Shown here in pieces: positions 62,157 to 64,000 of a stretch of DNA of 64,000 nucleotides (positions are counted from its first letter, which is position 1; the number at the start of each line of letters is the position of its first letter). Source of the DNA: Dendrobates tinctorius (taxonomy: Eukaryota); assembly GCF_039654945.1 (NCBI RefSeq), contig NW_027361696.1:11904001-11968000 (forward strand), read 5' to 3'. Both the position numbers and the translations under genes were made by a program. The notes under the pieces were generated by a model, which did no database searches, was not told the DNA's origin, and was given only the letters and a program-made list of their open reading frames with translations.

Positions 62157-62893
62157 TACATTATGTAGGAGTTACTGTGACTTTTGTATATATCATGTAG
62201 GTGACACTGCAATTATACACAGCAGTCTATATTACAGCAACTGCTTTGTATAATTGCAGTATCGCCTATATAATGTGTACAGAATGCTATATATACAATA
62301 TATAGGTAATACTCCTGTATATACAATATATAGGAAATACTGTGCAGTATCACCTATATAATATATAGAGAAGAAGCAGTATGACCTACATAATGTATAG
62401 ATAGCAGTCTGCATACATCATATAGGTGATACTGCAACTGTTGTATATACAATATATAGGTGATACTGCAATTATATAAATCAGTAGCGGTATCATCTAC
62501 ATATTGTGTACAGACGGCTCTGTATACAATATATAGGTGATACTGCTGCTGGATATACATTATAAGTGATACTGCTGTACATACATTATAAAAGTGATAC
62601 TGTGACTATACACAGCAGTTGCAGTATCACCTATATAATGTATATACAGTAGTCTTAATGTGATGTATGCAACATAATATAGTATAACACGGTCTTAATT
62701 ATAATGTAGAGTTGTGTGTGTATATAGTGTAGATTTGTGTATATAGTATAGAATCCACACTAGATACACTGGCACATCTCTACACTATATAGTATGTACA
62801 CAGCTCCACTCTATATTCCTTACCACAGTATATAGTGTGGATCTGTGTTCATTGGATACATTCCCCCTGTCCTGTATACATGGTTTAAATATA

Positions 62894-63027
62894 NNNNNNN
62901 NNNNNNNNNNNNNNNNNNNNNNNNNNNNNNNNNNNNNNNNNNNNNNNNNNNNNNNNNNNNNNNNNNNNNNNNNNNNNNNNNNNNNNNNNNNNNNNNNNNN
63001 NNNNNNNNNNNNNNNNNNNNNNNNNNN
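62894..63027. other. Assembly gap (134 N) in USP48 intron 4
   Basis: Run of N. Confidence 0.99.
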
Positions 63028-63609
63028 GTGGAAAGTGGAGAACTCTTTATTAGCCCATGTGACAACGTTTTGGATCCATAACAGATCATTTTTCTGCTAT
63101 GGGATTGAAATATTACCACATGGGCAAATAGAGTCCTCCACTTTTTTTCTTATTTAATCGGTGTGCTGATTATTTTCTTTTTATAAATCCCTTTGATTTA
63201 ACGGTATATTTCCTAAAAGCATTTCACCCAATGAATAATATTTGGTGCTCAGTTCTGACACCTATCAAGGCAGACATCACCACCCGGCACAAGCAGGCAA
63301 GTGCCGGGTCCACAAGCCGTCGAGGACATGGCATGGGGCTCATAAGTAGTGGGGCTCCGATGCCAGCACTGACACAGTTGAAAACAATAATGAGTAGTGA
63401 GGGAGCCATCCGCTAATTTCTCGTCATTCCCCCTCTGCGTCTGAGCTCTGTGACGTCTTGGCCCAAAGGGCGCAATTACATCATTACATCACATCCTCTG
63501 TGCCAAGCAGTGCGGAGGATCAGAATACACTGAGGAGACCAGAGCAGCAGGGAACAGGGAGAAGAATTATATGGGGCCCACTATACTGTATGAAGTTATA
63601 TATGGGGCC

Positions 63610-64000
63610 AAAAATGCTGTATGGAGGACTACGTGGTCCCCGTAGTGCTGTATGGAGGACTACGTGGTCCCCGTAGTGCTGTATGGAGGACTACGTGGTC
63701 CCCGTAGTGCTGTATGGAGGACTGCGTGGTCCCCGTAGTGCTTGTATGGAGGACTGCGTGGTCCCCGTAGTGCTTGTATGGAGGACTGCGTGGTCCCCGT
63801 AGTGCTTGTATGGAGGACTGCGTGGTCCCCGTAGTGCTTGTTTGGAGGACTGCGTGGTCCCCGTAGTGCTTGTATGGAGGACTGCGTGGTCCCCGTAGTG
63901 CTTGTATGGAGGACTGCGTGGTCCCCGTAGTGCTTGTATGGAGGACTGCGTGGTCCCCGTAGTGCTTGTATGGAGGACTGCGTGGTCCCCGTAGTGCTTG
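63610..64000. repeat. 31-32-bp minisatellite (tgtatggaggactgcgtggtccccgtagtgct), runs off the window
   Basis: About 12 near-identical copies. Confidence 0.97.

Noticed and set aside
56754-64000. USP48 exon 5 (expected DAQEFSKLF...)
   Set aside because: Not found by eye; probably beyond the window or in the N gap

Overview
Vertebrate genomic DNA, almost certainly a frog (inferred from the CR1/L2 LINE, T2/Kolobok, Harbinger-MITE, piggyBac and Tc1 repertoire and the dense minisatellites). It carries the conserved HSPG2-LDLRAD2-USP48 block. (1) The last three coding exons of HSPG2 (perlecan LG3/endorepellin) are on + at 4597-6179, with a poly(A) signal at 7515. (2) A complete five-exon LDLRAD2 is on - at 30874->8254; it encodes about 369 aa (signal peptide, CUB, LDLa, stalk, TM, 10-Cys cytoplasmic tail). 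(3) The CpG-island promoter and exons 1-4 of USP48 are on + at 53631-56753. Most of the rest is about 15 minisatellite arrays and nested transposons; nearly all long ORFs in the supplied track are repeat artefacts. The most unusual observation is a ~2.8 kb minisatellite in LDLRAD2 intron 1 whose first unit is the exon 1/intron 1 junction itself, i.e. a ~95-fold amplified 5' splice site. The same small exon has a CRE-like 31-mer array on its promoter side. I found no self-contained novel multi-gene system. Gene identities rest on recalled protein similarity plus splice-phase consistency, not on database searches.
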